Shown: positions 32,850 to 42,404 of the stretch, piece by piece
Position numbering within the stretch: position 1 is the stretch's first letter
Layout: every line of letters begins with the position of its first letter
DNA from: an uncultured Gemmatimonadales bacterium
Lineage (GTDB): Bacteria; Gemmatimonadota; Gemmatimonadetes; Gemmatimonadales; JACORV01
Reading direction: 5' to 3'
Assembly (NCBI GenBank): GCA_963718005.1
Contig: CAVQXV010000007.1
Span: 1,157-65,156 of the forward strand
DNA length: 64,000 nucleotides
Notes under the pieces: model-generated
What the model saw: the letters and a program-made list of their open reading frames with translations, nothing else
What the model was told of the DNA's origin: nothing
Database searches by the model: none
Made by a program: the position numbers and the translations under genes

Positions 32850-34931
32850 TAGCGCTTGAGTCCCTGGAGCCAGGCGTTGAAGGCGCTGAGGTCCTCTTCC
32901 CCGGGCTGCGCCGGCGCGTCGGGCGCCCGGGCCACGGGCCTGACGCTCCCCGCTTCCGGCGGCGCGCCGAAGAACTCGTCGAACGAGGCGCCGGGCGGCA
33001 GTGGGGCGGGCGCCGGTGCGGCGTCGCCGGGGGGCGCGGGCGCGGCGGGCGCATCCGCGGGCGCACCGAAGATCTGATCGAGCGAGAACGCGTCGTTGGC
33101 CGGATGCGCGGGCTCGCCCGCCGCCTCGGGGGGCGCGGCGAACGCCGCCTCCAGCGGCGAGGGTCCCGGCGACGCCTCGGCCGGCAGCGGCGACACCGGG
33201 CCCGGCAGCCTGGCCGCGGCGATGCGGCTGAGCCACACGCCGACCGATTCGGCGCCGAGCGCCGCGGCGCTCAGGTCGGCCGGCGGCGATTCCAGGGCCT
33301 GGAGCTTGGCCCTGAGCGCGCCGTCGCCCGGCCGCTGCGAGAGCAGCCGCCGGAACACGTCGGCCGCCTCACCCTTGAAACCCTGGCTGAGGTACAGGTC
33401 GCCCAGGGTCTCGGTCAGCATCGGCTGCTCGCCCGAGGGGGCGCGCTCCTCCGGCGGCGCGGGCGACACCATCTGCACCAGCTTGGCCGAAGGACGCGCC
33501 ATCTCGTCGGCCGGCGTCACGTCCTCGGGCAGGATGAGGGGCAGGCCCGCGGAGGCGTGGAGCGGCTCGTGAGCAGGCGGCGCCGGCGAACCCGACTGCG
33601 CGTCCGGCATGTCGATGATCGAGTACGCGCCCGAGAGATCGGAGGGCAGGTTCACGTTCTCGACCGGCGGGGGCGGAGGCACCGTGCCGAAGTACACCTC
33701 GTCCTGCCGCTCGACGGTGAATTCCTCCGGCGGCGCGCCGACGGCGGGCGCGGGCCCGGCCCGCCTGCCCTGCGGGCTCCGGCGGCGCCGCGGCGTCGGC
33801 GGCGTCTCGAGTCCCGCGAGGAACTCGACCGCGGGGGTCGTCAGGGTGTCGTCGTGCGAAACCGACGCGATGTCCTCGGCGCGAATGGCCCGGGACGAGC
33901 GCTCGCCCGTGCCCCAGGCCAGCGAGTCGTCGAAGGGCATCAACTCGAGACCCGATTCGGCGACCTGCAGATCCTGTTGGAGCGGATGGCGGTCGGGGGT
34001 CGCCGGCGCCTCCACCGGGCCGCTCCTGGACCGGCGCCGCGCCCATGGGCACGAACCCGGCGGGGGCTGCGGCAGCGGCGGGCTCCGGCGGTTCGACGAC
34101 GGGCTCGGCCCGCTCGATTGGCGGTGCCGCGACCGCCTCGAACGAAGGGCGCGCGACCGGCTCGAGCGGCAGCGCCGCGACCGGCTCGGCCTGCGGCGGC
34201 GCGGCCGCCTCGACCGGCGGGGGCGCCGCGGCCTCGAAGCGCGGCAGCGCCTCGAGCGGAGTGAGCGCCGGCTGGAACGCCGGCATGGTCTGGACGGGCT
34301 CGGGAGCGGGCGGTAGAACGGCCGGCACCGGCTCGGCCGGTTCCGGGGCCAGGCTCACGGGCGCCGCGGGCGCGGCCGCCACGACCGGCTCCGGCTCGGG
34401 CGCCGGCGGGGCCGCTGCGGCCGCCGGTTCGGGCGCGGGCGCCGCCTCCACTTCGCGCGCGACGTCGGCGAACGACACTTCCGCCGCGGTCTTGACCGGC
34501 TCGATCTCCTGCGTCGGCTGCTGGGCGATCACGCCGCCCAGGCGCTGGAGATCGGCTTCGGCCTCCACGTTCATGGAGTCCACGACCAGCAGCTTCTGGA
34601 GCCACTGCCGCGCCTCGACCGTGCGGCCGGTGCGCTCGGTGATCTCCGCCAGGCTCTTCAGGGCGATGATGTTCTCGGCGTCCAGATCGAGCACGGACCG
34701 GAACGTGGCCTCGGCCTCGGCGTCGTCGCCCTTGTCGAGCAGGCAACGGCCCAGGACGATGTGCGCCGAGAGGTAGTCGGGGTGCTTGGCGAGGCCGGCG
34801 CGCACCAGTTCCAGGGCGCGGACGACGTTCCCCGCCTTGCGGTAGGCGTCGGCCAGTGGCGCGAAGAACCGTCCGTCGGGGTTCTCCGCGTACCGGCGTT
34901 CGAGCTTTTCGATCTCGCTGGGTGCGGCCAT
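32849..34931 (-). CDS. large TPR-repeat protein with a long Pro/Ala/Glu-rich low-complexity centre, one frameshift near 34020
   Basis: The ATG at 34931 gives [69 protein letters not shown] (TPR). A PAPEP-type repeat region follows. ORF 32849-34015 supplies the rest and ends with a TPR-like segment ([28 protein letters not shown]). Confidence 0.6.
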
Positions 34932-34965
34932 GAAGCTCCTGAGGGCAGGCGGGGCTTCGGCCGCG

Positions 34966-34995
34966 AACATACAGCTTTTGGGCGCATAGTGTCAA
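34966..34995 (-). promoter_or_regulatory. sigma70-like promoter for the TPR gene
   Basis: The minus strand reads TTGACA-18 nt-TATGTT, about 35 nt upstream of the ATG at 34931. Confidence 0.4.
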
Positions 34996-35017
34996 CGGGG
35001 AACTGACTTTAGGCCGG

Positions 35018-35046
35018 TTGGCTTTGCGCGTTGTCTCGTCTACATT
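35018..35046 (+). promoter_or_regulatory. sigma70-like promoter for ppiD
   Basis: TTGGCT (35018-35023), a 17-nt spacer, then TACATT (35041-35046), about 37 nt upstream of the ATG at 35083. Confidence 0.4.
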
Positions 35047-35050
35047 TAGC

Positions 35051-35070
35051 CCGCTCCCGCGAGGGAGCGG
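35051..35070 (+). promoter_or_regulatory. 5' leader hairpin CCGCTCCC-GCGA-GGGAGCGG overlapping the ppiD Shine-Dalgarno
   Basis: Perfect 8-bp stem with a GNRA-type loop. Its 3' arm runs into the GGAGGGAG ribosome-binding site. Confidence 0.35.
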
Positions 35071-35082
35071 AGGGAGCATTCC

Positions 35083-36915
35083 ATGCTTCGCACGATGCGC
35101 GAAAAAACCAAGATCATCATGATCGTCCTGGCGGTGGCCTTCGTCGGGTGGCTGGTTTTCGACGTGGGTATGGGCGTCACCGGTCAACGGGCGAGCCCCA
35201 CGAGCAAGGATCTTGGCTCGGTCAACGGCGCCCCGATCCGCTATCAGGACTGGTACCAGACGTACAATCAGATCGCCGAAGAGCAGCGGGCCCGCAACCC
35301 CGGCCAGGCGATCACCCGCGAGGACCAGAAGGCCCTCGAGGACCAGGCCTTCGAGCAACTGGTCGAGGACCACCTGATGCAGGCCGAGTACCGGCGGCGC
35401 GGCATCATGGTGACCGACGACGAGATCCGGAGCGCGGCGCTGCAGATGCCGCCCCAGGAAATCACGTCGGACAAGGAGTTCCAGACCGGGGGCAAGTTCG
35501 ATCAGCAGAAGTGGGCGCGGTTCCTCCAGAGCGGCCAGCAGCCGGAGTTCATGGCCCAGCTCGAGGCCCGCTATCGGGCGGAGCTGCCGCGCATCAAGCT
35601 GCTCGAGGACGTGACGTCGGACGTGTACGTGCCCGACTCGAAGCTGTGGAACATCTACCGCGACCAGCGGGACTCGGTCACGGTGCGCGCGCTGGTGATC
35701 CGGCCCGACGTCGCGGTGGCGGACGCGTCGGTGCACGTGACTCCGCAGGACCTGCAGGCGTGGTACGACGCGCACAAGGCCGAGCTGAAGCGGCCGGCGC
35801 GGGCGTTCCTGTCGTACGTCGGCATCAACAAGCAGCCGACGACGGTCGACTCGGCCATCGCGATGAGCCACGCGCGCGCGCTGCGCGACTCGCTGGTGAA
35901 GGGGTTGGACTTCGCCGCGACGGCCAGGCTCGAGTCCGCCGACTCCGGCAGCGCCCGGGAGGGCGGACTGCTGCCCACGTTCGGCCACGGCCAGATGGCG
36001 CCGGCCTTCGACAAGGCGGCGTTCCGCGCGCCCGTCGGGCAGGTGTCCGAGCCGGTGGTCACGCCGTTCGGGATCCATCTGATCAAGGTCGAGAAGCGCA
36101 CGGCCGACAGCGTCACCGCGCGCCACATCCTGATCTCCGTGGCGCGCAGCGGCGCGCGTCTCGACACGCTCGAGGCCCGGGCCGACTCGCTCGACCGGCT
36201 CGCCGCCGAGCAGACCGATCCCACCGTGCTCGACACCGTGTCCCGGATCATGGGGCTGGCGATCAACCACACGGGCCCGCTGTACCAGGGCGACGCGGTG
36301 ATCCTCGGGCGGGTCCGGGTTCCCGACGTGGGGGTCTGGGCGTACGAGGCGAAGACCGGGGACCTGAGCCCGGTCATCGAGATCAACGCCGCGTACTACG
36401 TGTTCCGGCTCGACAGCCTGTTCCCGGCGGGGATCCCGCCGCTGGCGGAGGTCGCCGCCGAGGTGCAGGGGCGGGTGATGGCCGAGAAGAAGCGGCAGGC
36501 CGCCGAGGCCATCGCGCGGGACGCCGAGCGGCGCCTCACCTCGGGGCTCACGATGGACCAGGTGTCCACGGCGATGCGGCTCCCGATCGAGACCATCGGC
36601 CCGTTCGCCCGGACCTCCACGGTCCAGCTGCTCGGCACCGCCACGGAGGCCGTGGGCGTCGCGTTCCGGCTGCGGGTGGGCGAGCGGTCGGGGATGCTCT
36701 CGGGAAGCCAGGGGTTCTTCTTCATCGAGGCCACCCGCCGGGTCCGCGCGGACTCGATGGCCTGGCAGAAGCAGGTGGACTCGGAGCGGGTCACGGTGAT
36801 CCGGGCGGCGCGCCAGGTGCGGGTGGAGTCGTTCCTCGAGTCCATCCGGCGCGAGGCGAAGGTCGTGGACAATCGGGCGGCGATCCTGCGGCCGACGGCG
36901 GCGGCGAATCAGTAG
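35083..36915 (+). CDS. ppiD: periplasmic chaperone/peptidyl-prolyl isomerase PpiD/SurA-like
   Basis: Intact 610-aa ORF. It has an N-terminal membrane anchor (KIIMIVLAVAFVGWLVF), a SurA-N-like region, and a parvulin core (FGHGQMAPAFDKAAFRAPVGQVSEPVVTPFGIHLIKVE). Confidence 0.8.
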   Translation: MLRTMREKTKIIMIVLAVAFVGWLVFDVGMGVTGQRASPTSKDLGSVNGAPIRYQDWYQTYNQIAEEQRARNPGQAITREDQKALEDQAFEQLVEDHLMQAEYRRRGIMVTDDEIRSAALQMPPQEITSDKEFQTGGKFDQQKWARFLQSGQQPEFMAQLEARYRAELPRIKLLEDVTSDVYVPDSKLWNIYRDQRDSVTVRALVIRPDVAVADASVHVTPQDLQAWYDAHKAELKRPARAFLSYVGINKQPTTVDSAIAMSHARALRDSLVKGLDFAATARLESADSGSAREGGLLPTFGHGQMAPAFDKAAFRAPVGQVSEPVVTPFGIHLIKVEKRTADSVTARHILISVARSGARLDTLEARADSLDRLAAEQTDPTVLDTVSRIMGLAINHTGPLYQGDAVILGRVRVPDVGVWAYEAKTGDLSPVIEINAAYYVFRLDSLFPAGIPPLAEVAAEVQGRVMAEKKRQAAEAIARDAERRLTSGLTMDQVSTAMRLPIETIGPFARTSTVQLLGTATEAVGVAFRLRVGERSGMLSGSQGFFFIEATRRVRADSMAWQKQVDSERVTVIRAARQVRVESFLESIRREAKVVDNRAAILRPTAAANQ

Positions 36916-36920
36916 CGGAC

Positions 36921-37083
36921 GGGTGAGAGGTGAGAAGTGAGGGGTGAGAAGGATGAGTGAGAAGTGAGAGGTGAGAGGTGAAAAAGGCGTGAGAGGGGAT
37001 GGCCACCTCTCACGCCTTTCGACTTCTCACCCCTTTCGCCTTCTCACGCCTCACCCCTCACCCCTCACCCCTCACCTTCACCC
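36921..37083. repeat. palindromic intergenic element A (GTGAGRR-heptad arms around a conserved hairpin core)
   Basis: The left arm, GGGTGAGAGGTGAGAAGTGAGGGGTGAGAAGGATGAGTGAGAAGTGAGAGGTGAGAGGTG, contains no C. The right arm is its imperfect complement and includes (CCTCACC)n. The core, AAAGGCGTGAGAGG-9 nt-CCTCTCACGCCTTT, is shared with element B at 44088-44250. Confidence 0.8.
36983..37019. terminator. bidirectional intrinsic terminator between convergent ppiD and tatA
   Basis: Perfect 14-bp stem (36983-36996 paired with 37006-37019) and a 9-nt loop. It is flanked by AAAAA on the left (TTTTT on the tatA strand) and TTTC on the right. Confidence 0.65.
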
Positions 37084-37084
37084 G

Positions 37085-37342
37085 TCAATTCTTCCTCGCC
37101 TCGTTCGAAGGCGGCACGCTCGGCTGCGACGACGCCGGCGGGATCTGCGTGGGCTGGTCCATCCGCGCGGCCGGCGGAGGAGGCGCGTTCACGTCGCTCT
37201 GAATATCCCGCATGCTCTTCTTGAACTCTCCGATGGACTTCCCCAGCGCCCCGCCGATCTCCGGCAGCCGCTTCGCCCCGAAGAGCAGCAGGATGATCAC
37301 CAGGAACAGCAGCAGGTGCGTGAGACTGAGGCCTTCAAACAT
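37085..37342 (-). CDS. tatA: twin-arginine translocase subunit TatA/E
   Basis: MFEGLSLTHLLLFLVIILLLFGAKRLPEIGGALGKSIGEFKKSM is the canonical TatA TM helix plus amphipathic helix. Confidence 0.9.
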   Translation of the reverse strand: MFEGLSLTHLLLFLVIILLLFGAKRLPEIGGALGKSIGEFKKSMRDIQSDVNAPPPPAARMDQPTQIPPASSQPSVPPSNEARKN

Positions 37343-37356
37343 CGGTCCCTTCCTTC

Positions 37357-37629
37357 CTAGAAGAGGGAGCGCGCCAGCAGGTACGCCAGCACGACCCCGA
37401 CCACCGCGAGTACCGAGATCCTGAGGCCCACCGGCCCGACGGTGAACCACAATACCAGCAGATCCACCGTCACCGGGCCGAGCTTGGGCGTCACGGCCAG
37501 GGTCAGCACTTCCTTCGGCGCGCCGGCCGGGAGCACCCGCTCGAGCAACGCCGAGAGGAACCCGCCGAGCGCGAAGCCGGTGGACAGCACCGCGAGGTAG
37601 AACAGCGGCCGGCGCGGAACGTGGGCCAC
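37357..37629 (-). CDS. small membrane protein, DUF4321-like
   Basis: Intact 90-aa ORF with two hydrophobic segments (LFYLAVLSTGFALGGFLSALL and ISVLAVVGVVLAYLLA) and the LPxG...DL...FG spacing I associate with DUF4321. The family assignment is from memory. Confidence 0.5.
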   Translation of the reverse strand: MAHVPRRPLFYLAVLSTGFALGGFLSALLERVLPAGAPKEVLTLAVTPKLGPVTVDLLVLWFTVGPVGLRISVLAVVGVVLAYLLARSLF

Positions 37630-37632
37630 GGC

Positions 37633-38625
37633 CTACCGCCGCCGCTCGACGGCGTACACGATCGCGTCGCTCAGCGCATCGCGCGCCGCCGACTCCGGCA
37701 GGTCGCCCAGGGCGGCCTCCGCCTCGGCGGCGAAGCGCGGCCGCGCGGTCGCGCGCGTACTCGAGCCCGCCGTTCCGTTCGACCAGCTGCACCACGCCCG
37801 CCACCTGCTCGTCGTCGGGGGCGGCCGAGGCGAACAGGGCCTGCGACGGCCGCGCGCTCCGGCGCCGCCAGGCGGCCCAGCACGGCGATCAGGGGGAGCG
37901 TCACCTTGTGCTCCCGGAGGTCGAGGCCCGACGGCTTGCCGGTGACCGCTTCCCCCTCGGTGTAGTCCAGGAGGTCGTCGGTGATCTGGAACGCCATGCC
38001 CAGCGCGTCGCCGTAGCGCTGCGCCGCCCGGCGCTGCGCGGGCTCGGCGTGGAGCGCGCCCACCTCGCAGGCCGCCGCGAACAGCGACGCCGTCTTGGAG
38101 CGGCACAGCAGCTCGTACTGCGGCTCGTCGAAGTCGAGGGCGTCGTACGCCGCGAGCTGCCGCATCTCGCCCACGGTCATCGCGTCGGTCACGCGGGCCA
38201 GGACGCGCATCGGCTCGAGGTCGTCCAGCCGCGCCAGCTCGATGATCGCGCGCGAGTACAGGTAGTCGCCCATGATCACCGACACCTGGTGGCTGAACAA
38301 CGTGTTCACGGTGGGCATACCCCGCCGCAGCACGGAGTGGTCCACCGAATCGTCGTGGATCAGCGTGGCGAGGTGGATCAGCTCCACGATCGGCGGCCAG
38401 CGCCGTGGACCGCGCCTCGCCCGTCCCGCACGCCTCGTGCGTCAGCAGCAGCAGCGTGGGCCGGAACAGCTTGCCCTTCATCCGCAGCAGGTGCCGGTTC
38501 ACCTGCTGCATCAGCGGCAGGTCCGCCGCGATCATCCGCGACAGCTCGTCCGTGACACGGTCGAGCCGATCCGCCACCGGGCGCTGGATGTCGGCGAGGG
38601 TCACGCCGGCCGCCTGGCGCGTCAC
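37633..38625 (-). CDS. ispB: polyprenyl diphosphate synthase (IspB-like), about three frameshifts
   Basis: Three frames contribute: LMQQVNRHLLRMKGKLFRPTLLLL; ELIHLATLIHDDSVDHSVLRRGMPT (first DDxxD) ... GMAFQITDDLLDY (second DDxxD) ... KPSGLDLREHKVTLPLI; and the C-terminus LSDAIVYAVERRR. Confidence 0.8.
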   Translation of the reverse strand: MTRQAAGVTLADIQRPVADRLDRVTDELSRMIAADLPLMQQVNRHLLRMKGKLFRPTLLLLTHEACGTGEARSTALAADRGADPPRHADPRRFGGPLRAAAGYAHREHVVQPPGVGDHGRLPVLARDHRAGAAGRPRADARPGPRDRRDDRGRDAAARGVRRPRLRRAAVRAAVPLQDGVAVRGGLRGGRAPRRARAAPGGAALRRRAGHGVPDHRRPPGLHRGGSGHRQAVGPRPPGAQGDAPPDRRAGPPGGAGARGRRRPCSPRPPPTTSRWRAWCSWSNGTAGSSTRATARPRFAAEAEAALGDLPESAARDALSDAIVYAVERRR

Positions 38626-38628
38626 GCC

Positions 38629-41063
38629 CTAGACTCCCACGCGCGAGAGCGCCTTCACCCGCTGGCTCACGTCCTGGAAGGTGATGTCCACGGCGAACAC
38701 GCGGTTGTACGAGCGCCAGCGCGTCGGGCCCCTTGCCCAGCTCTTCCTGGGCGCCGACCCAGCCAGTAGAGGAGGCCCACGCGCTCGGCGTCGCCGTGCG
38801 CCGGCAGGTCCAGCGCCCGGCGCAGGATGGTCTCGGCCACCGTGAACTGGCCCTTCTCGTAGAAGCACAGCCCGAGCGCCTCCGAGGCCTTGAGCCGGCC
38901 CTCGGCGCCGCGCAGCGCCTTCTGGAACTCGGCGATGGCCTCGTCCAGCAGGCCCATCTCCTTGTAGGCGACGCCCAGGTCGTAGTGGCTCTGGAAGTCC
39001 TCTTCCTCGACGTTGGCCTCGACGCCCTTCTTGAAGGCCGCGAGCATCGTCTGGAAGTCCTTCTGCTCGTCCCCGGACGGCTCCTCGTCCTCGATGCGCA
39101 TCCGGGTGTCTTTCGGATGGTCGTCCTCCAGCAGCATCGCCCCGAAGTCGACGAACCCGCCGCTCGGCGCGGCCGCCGCTTCGGGCGCGGGGCGCGAGGG
39201 CCGCGCGGGCGCCGCCGGCGGCGCGAGCGTCTCGATGCCCGTCTTCGCGCGCACGTTGCCGGGGTCGTGCTCCAGCACCCGCTGGTAGACGGCCACCGCC
39301 TTCTCCGCCTCGCCCGAGCGCAGCAGCGCGTCGGCCAGCTCGAGGTACGCGCCGGCGAGCCGCTGCCGGTCGCCCTGGCGGTACGACAGCTCCACGCGCT
39401 TCTGATGGTAGCGCACGCTGTTGGTATCGAGGCGCAGCAGCTCCTCGGTGATGGCGTACGCGCCATCCAGGTCGCCGCCGGCCTCGAGGCCCTCCAGCGC
39501 CGTGTCGAACTCGGCGAACGCGCGGTCGCGCTGCCCCGCCTCGATCAACGCCTCGCCCAGCAGGCGGTGCGCCTCCCAGTCGTTCGCGTTGCCGGCCACG
39601 CGGGTCTCGAGCTCGTCCAGGCTCGGCCCCGCGACCAGGGTCTCGCCCACGTCCAGGAACTCCAGCTCCGGGCCCGCGACGACCTCTTCTTCCGCGACCG
39701 CCTCTTCGTCCGCGACGGCGGGCGACTCCAGCTCGCCCAGGTCCAGCATGGGGAGCCCGGACATCGCGCCCTGCTCCTCGATTTCCGCCTCCTCCGACGC
39801 GGCGGCCGGAGCCGGCGGGGGCTCCTCGATGTCCAGCAGCTCTGCCGGCTCCTCGGGCGCCAGGGTCCCCGGCGCCTCCGCCGCCACGGCGGCCGGCGGC
39901 TCCTCGACCGCGGCCTCGAACCCGGGCGACTCCTCCGCCGTTTCGGCCGGCGCCAGCATCTCGGGCGTTTCCTCGTCGGCCGCCGCCGCGGGCGTCAGGT
40001 CCTCCGGGGCGATCAGGTCCAGGTCGCCGAAGCCGGGCTCCTCGACCGCCTCAGGCGCGGACGGCTCCGGCTCCGCCGCGGGCGGCGCTTCCTCGGCGAG
40101 GCTGGTGGGCTCCAGCTCGAGCGACGGCACCGTCTCGGCCGGCGTCTCGTCCATCACGAAGGAATTGTTCTCGATCTCGAGCGGGGGAATCGGCGCCGAT
40201 TCGGGCTCGGCCGTCTCGTCGGCCAGATCGATGTCGAGCAGCGGGATGTCGGGCGGCGGCTCCGGCGCGCGCTCCGGCTTCGGGGCGGGCTTGGGCCTGG
40301 GCGGCGCGGGCTCCCACTCCACGTTCGGCGCGGGCTTCGGCTTGGGCGGCGCGGGCGGCGCCGCGACCGCGCCACCTTTGCGCGGCGGCGACACCTCGTC
40401 CACGTCGAGGAAGATCAGCTCGCCCTTCTTGTAGGGCTTCTCTTCCGGCAGCGCCTCGCCGGTGATCATGTGCCGGCTCGCGCGCGACTTGCGCTGGTGC
40501 TGGCGTTCCTTGGCCTCGAACTCGCCCAGCAGCTTCTCGACCTGCTCCTTCTGGTCCGCCGTCTTGGCGCTCGCCCGCGCGTGCTGCGCCAGCACCGACC
40601 AGATCTCGTCCTGTCCCGGCGTCATCTCGGCGAACTTCTTCAGCGCCTTGAAGGCCTCCTCGAGCTCGCCGGCCTTCTGCATCCGGTCGGCGTACTCCAG
40701 GAGGTTGGTCTTCGCCTCGGCGGCGAAGCCCTTGGACGCGAACAGCATGCCGAGCTTGAGGTAGATCTGCGCCCGCCCGGGGGCGATGCGCATGACCTTG
40801 TTGCACAGGGCGATGGCGTTGTTGTCGAGCCCGCCTTCGTGGTACTTGTCCACGGCGCGCTCGTAATAGACGACCGCGTTCTGGCCCTGCCCGACCTTCT
40901 GGTAGAGATCGCCGACGCGGTTATAAATGGAGAGGTCGGCGTCGGCATCGGGAGCCGCCTCCATCTCCTCGATGGATTTGACGTACTCCTCGATCGCCTT
41001 CGCCCACTGCTCCTTCGCCTCGAACTTCCGTGCTCGTTCCTTGTACTTTTCCAGATTCGCCAT
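38629..41063 (-). CDS. large TPR-repeat protein with an acidic Pro/Ala/Glu-rich centre, frameshifts near 38700-38770
   Basis: ORF 38667-41063 begins MANLEKYKERARKFEAKEQWAKAIEEYVKSIE ... YNRVGDLYQKVGQGQNAVVYYERAVDKY. A central region rich in Pro, Glu and Ala follows, then C-terminal TPRs (YLELADALLRSGEAEKAVAVYQRVLEHDPGN ... YDLGVAYKEMGLLDEAIAEFQKAL). The final segment, YNRVFAVDITFQDVSQRVKAL, lies in another frame and ends at 38629. Confidence 0.6.
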
Positions 41064-41075
41064 GCGCCCGGCTGC

Positions 41076-42404
41076 TCAGGAGAGGAGCGGAGAAAGCGGC
41101 CTTCCCACGGAACCTGCGGAAGATATTCCGGGCCCCGGACCATGACAAGGACGACCGGAGGCGTAAACCCGCCAGGCAAGCGGCATTCCGTACCAGTAGG
41201 CCAGCTCCCGGACGTCACGGCAGTTCCACACCACGACGTCGGCCGGCAGCCCCACGGCCACCCGGCCCCGCTCGGCCGCGAGGCCCACGGCCTGGGCGGC
41301 GTTGACGGTGGCCGCGATGAACGCTTCCTCGGGCTGCAGGCGCCCCTGGCTGACGGCGAGCGCCATCATCAGGGGCAGGTTGCCGCCCGGCGAGGAGCCG
41401 GGGTTGAAATCCGTGGCCAGCGCGACGACGGCGCCGGCGTCCACGAGGGCGCGCGCGGGGGCCTGCCGCGCCTGGCCCAGGAACGCGAGGGTGCCCGGCA
41501 GCAGCACGGCCACCGTCTGGCTCGCCGCCAGGGCCTCGATGCCGGCACCGGAGATGGCGCCGAGGTGATCGGCCGACGCCGCGCCGAGGCGGGCGGCGAG
41601 CTCCGCGCCGCCGGAGGGATCGAGCTCGTCGGCGTGCACCTTGAGGCCGAGGCCGTACGCCCCCGCGACGCCGAGGATGGCCGCGCTCTCCTCGACGCTG
41701 AACACGCCCGGCTCGCAGAACACGTCGCAGTAGGCGGCGAGCCCTTCGCGCACGACGGCCGGGAGCATGTCCTCCACCAGCAGCCGGATGTAGGCGTCCC
41801 GCCGGGAGCGGTACTCCGGCGGGACCTCGTGGGCGCCCAGGAAGGTCGGGACCAGCCGGATCGGGAGCAGCTGGCGCAGCCGGGCGACGACCCGCAGCGC
41901 CTTGAGCTCCGGCTCGAGCGCGAGGCCGTAGCCCGACTTGATCTCCACCGACGTCGTGCCGAGCGACGCCAGGAGCGCGAGGCGGGACAGGGCGAGCGAC
42001 ACCAGCTCGTCTTCGCCGCGCGAGCGGAAGTCGGCGACCGTCGAGAGGATGCCGCCGCCCGCCGCGGCGATGGCCTTGTAGCCCTCGCCCCTGGCGCGGC
42101 GCGCCTGGTCCTCGAGCCGCGGCTTGCCGAAGACGGCGTGGGTGTGCGCGTCCACCAGGCCCGCCGTCACCAGGCGGCCCTCGCAGTCCACCACGGAGTC
42201 GGGCGTGGGGGTGGAGTGATACCACTCCCCGACTTCGTCGTCCGGGGCGATGATGGCGATCCGGCCGTCCTCGATGCCGATGCCGACGCCGCGCACCAGC
42301 CCCACGTCGTCCCACGCGGGATGGCGCACCGGCCCCGCCTCGGCGGGACCCGTGGCCACCGCTCCCGCGTTGACCAGGGCGAGCCGACGGCCGGGGTCAG
42401 CCAT
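41076..42404 (-). CDS. hutI: imidazolonepropionase
   Basis: [15 protein letters not shown] ... GGGILSTV ... [11 protein letters not shown] ... [12 protein letters not shown] ... CDVFCE ... LKVHADEL ... ADHL ... LLPGTLAFL ... [10 protein letters not shown]. Confidence 0.85.
   Translation of the reverse strand: MADPGRRLALVNAGAVATGPAEAGPVRHPAWDDVGLVRGVGIGIEDGRIAIIAPDDEVGEWYHSTPTPDSVVDCEGRLVTAGLVDAHTHAVFGKPRLEDQARRARGEGYKAIAAAGGGILSTVADFRSRGEDELVSLALSRLALLASLGTTSVEIKSGYGLALEPELKALRVVARLRQLLPIRLVPTFLGAHEVPPEYRSRRDAYIRLLVEDMLPAVVREGLAAYCDVFCEPGVFSVEESAAILGVAGAYGLGLKVHADELDPSGGAELAARLGAASADHLGAISGAGIEALAASQTVAVLLPGTLAFLGQARQAPARALVDAGAVVALATDFNPGSSPGGNLPLMMALAVSQGRLQPEEAFIAATVNAAQAVGLAAERGRVAVGLPADVVVWNCRDVRELAYWYGMPLAWRVYASGRPCHGPGPGISSAGSVGRPLSPLLS

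Noticed and set aside
36921-37083. The GTGAG-repeat regions (here and at 44088-44250) as CRISPR arrays.
   Set aside because: The units are 7 nt, degenerate and contiguous, with no unique spacers. The overall architecture is a dyad-symmetric hairpin. No cas genes are present.
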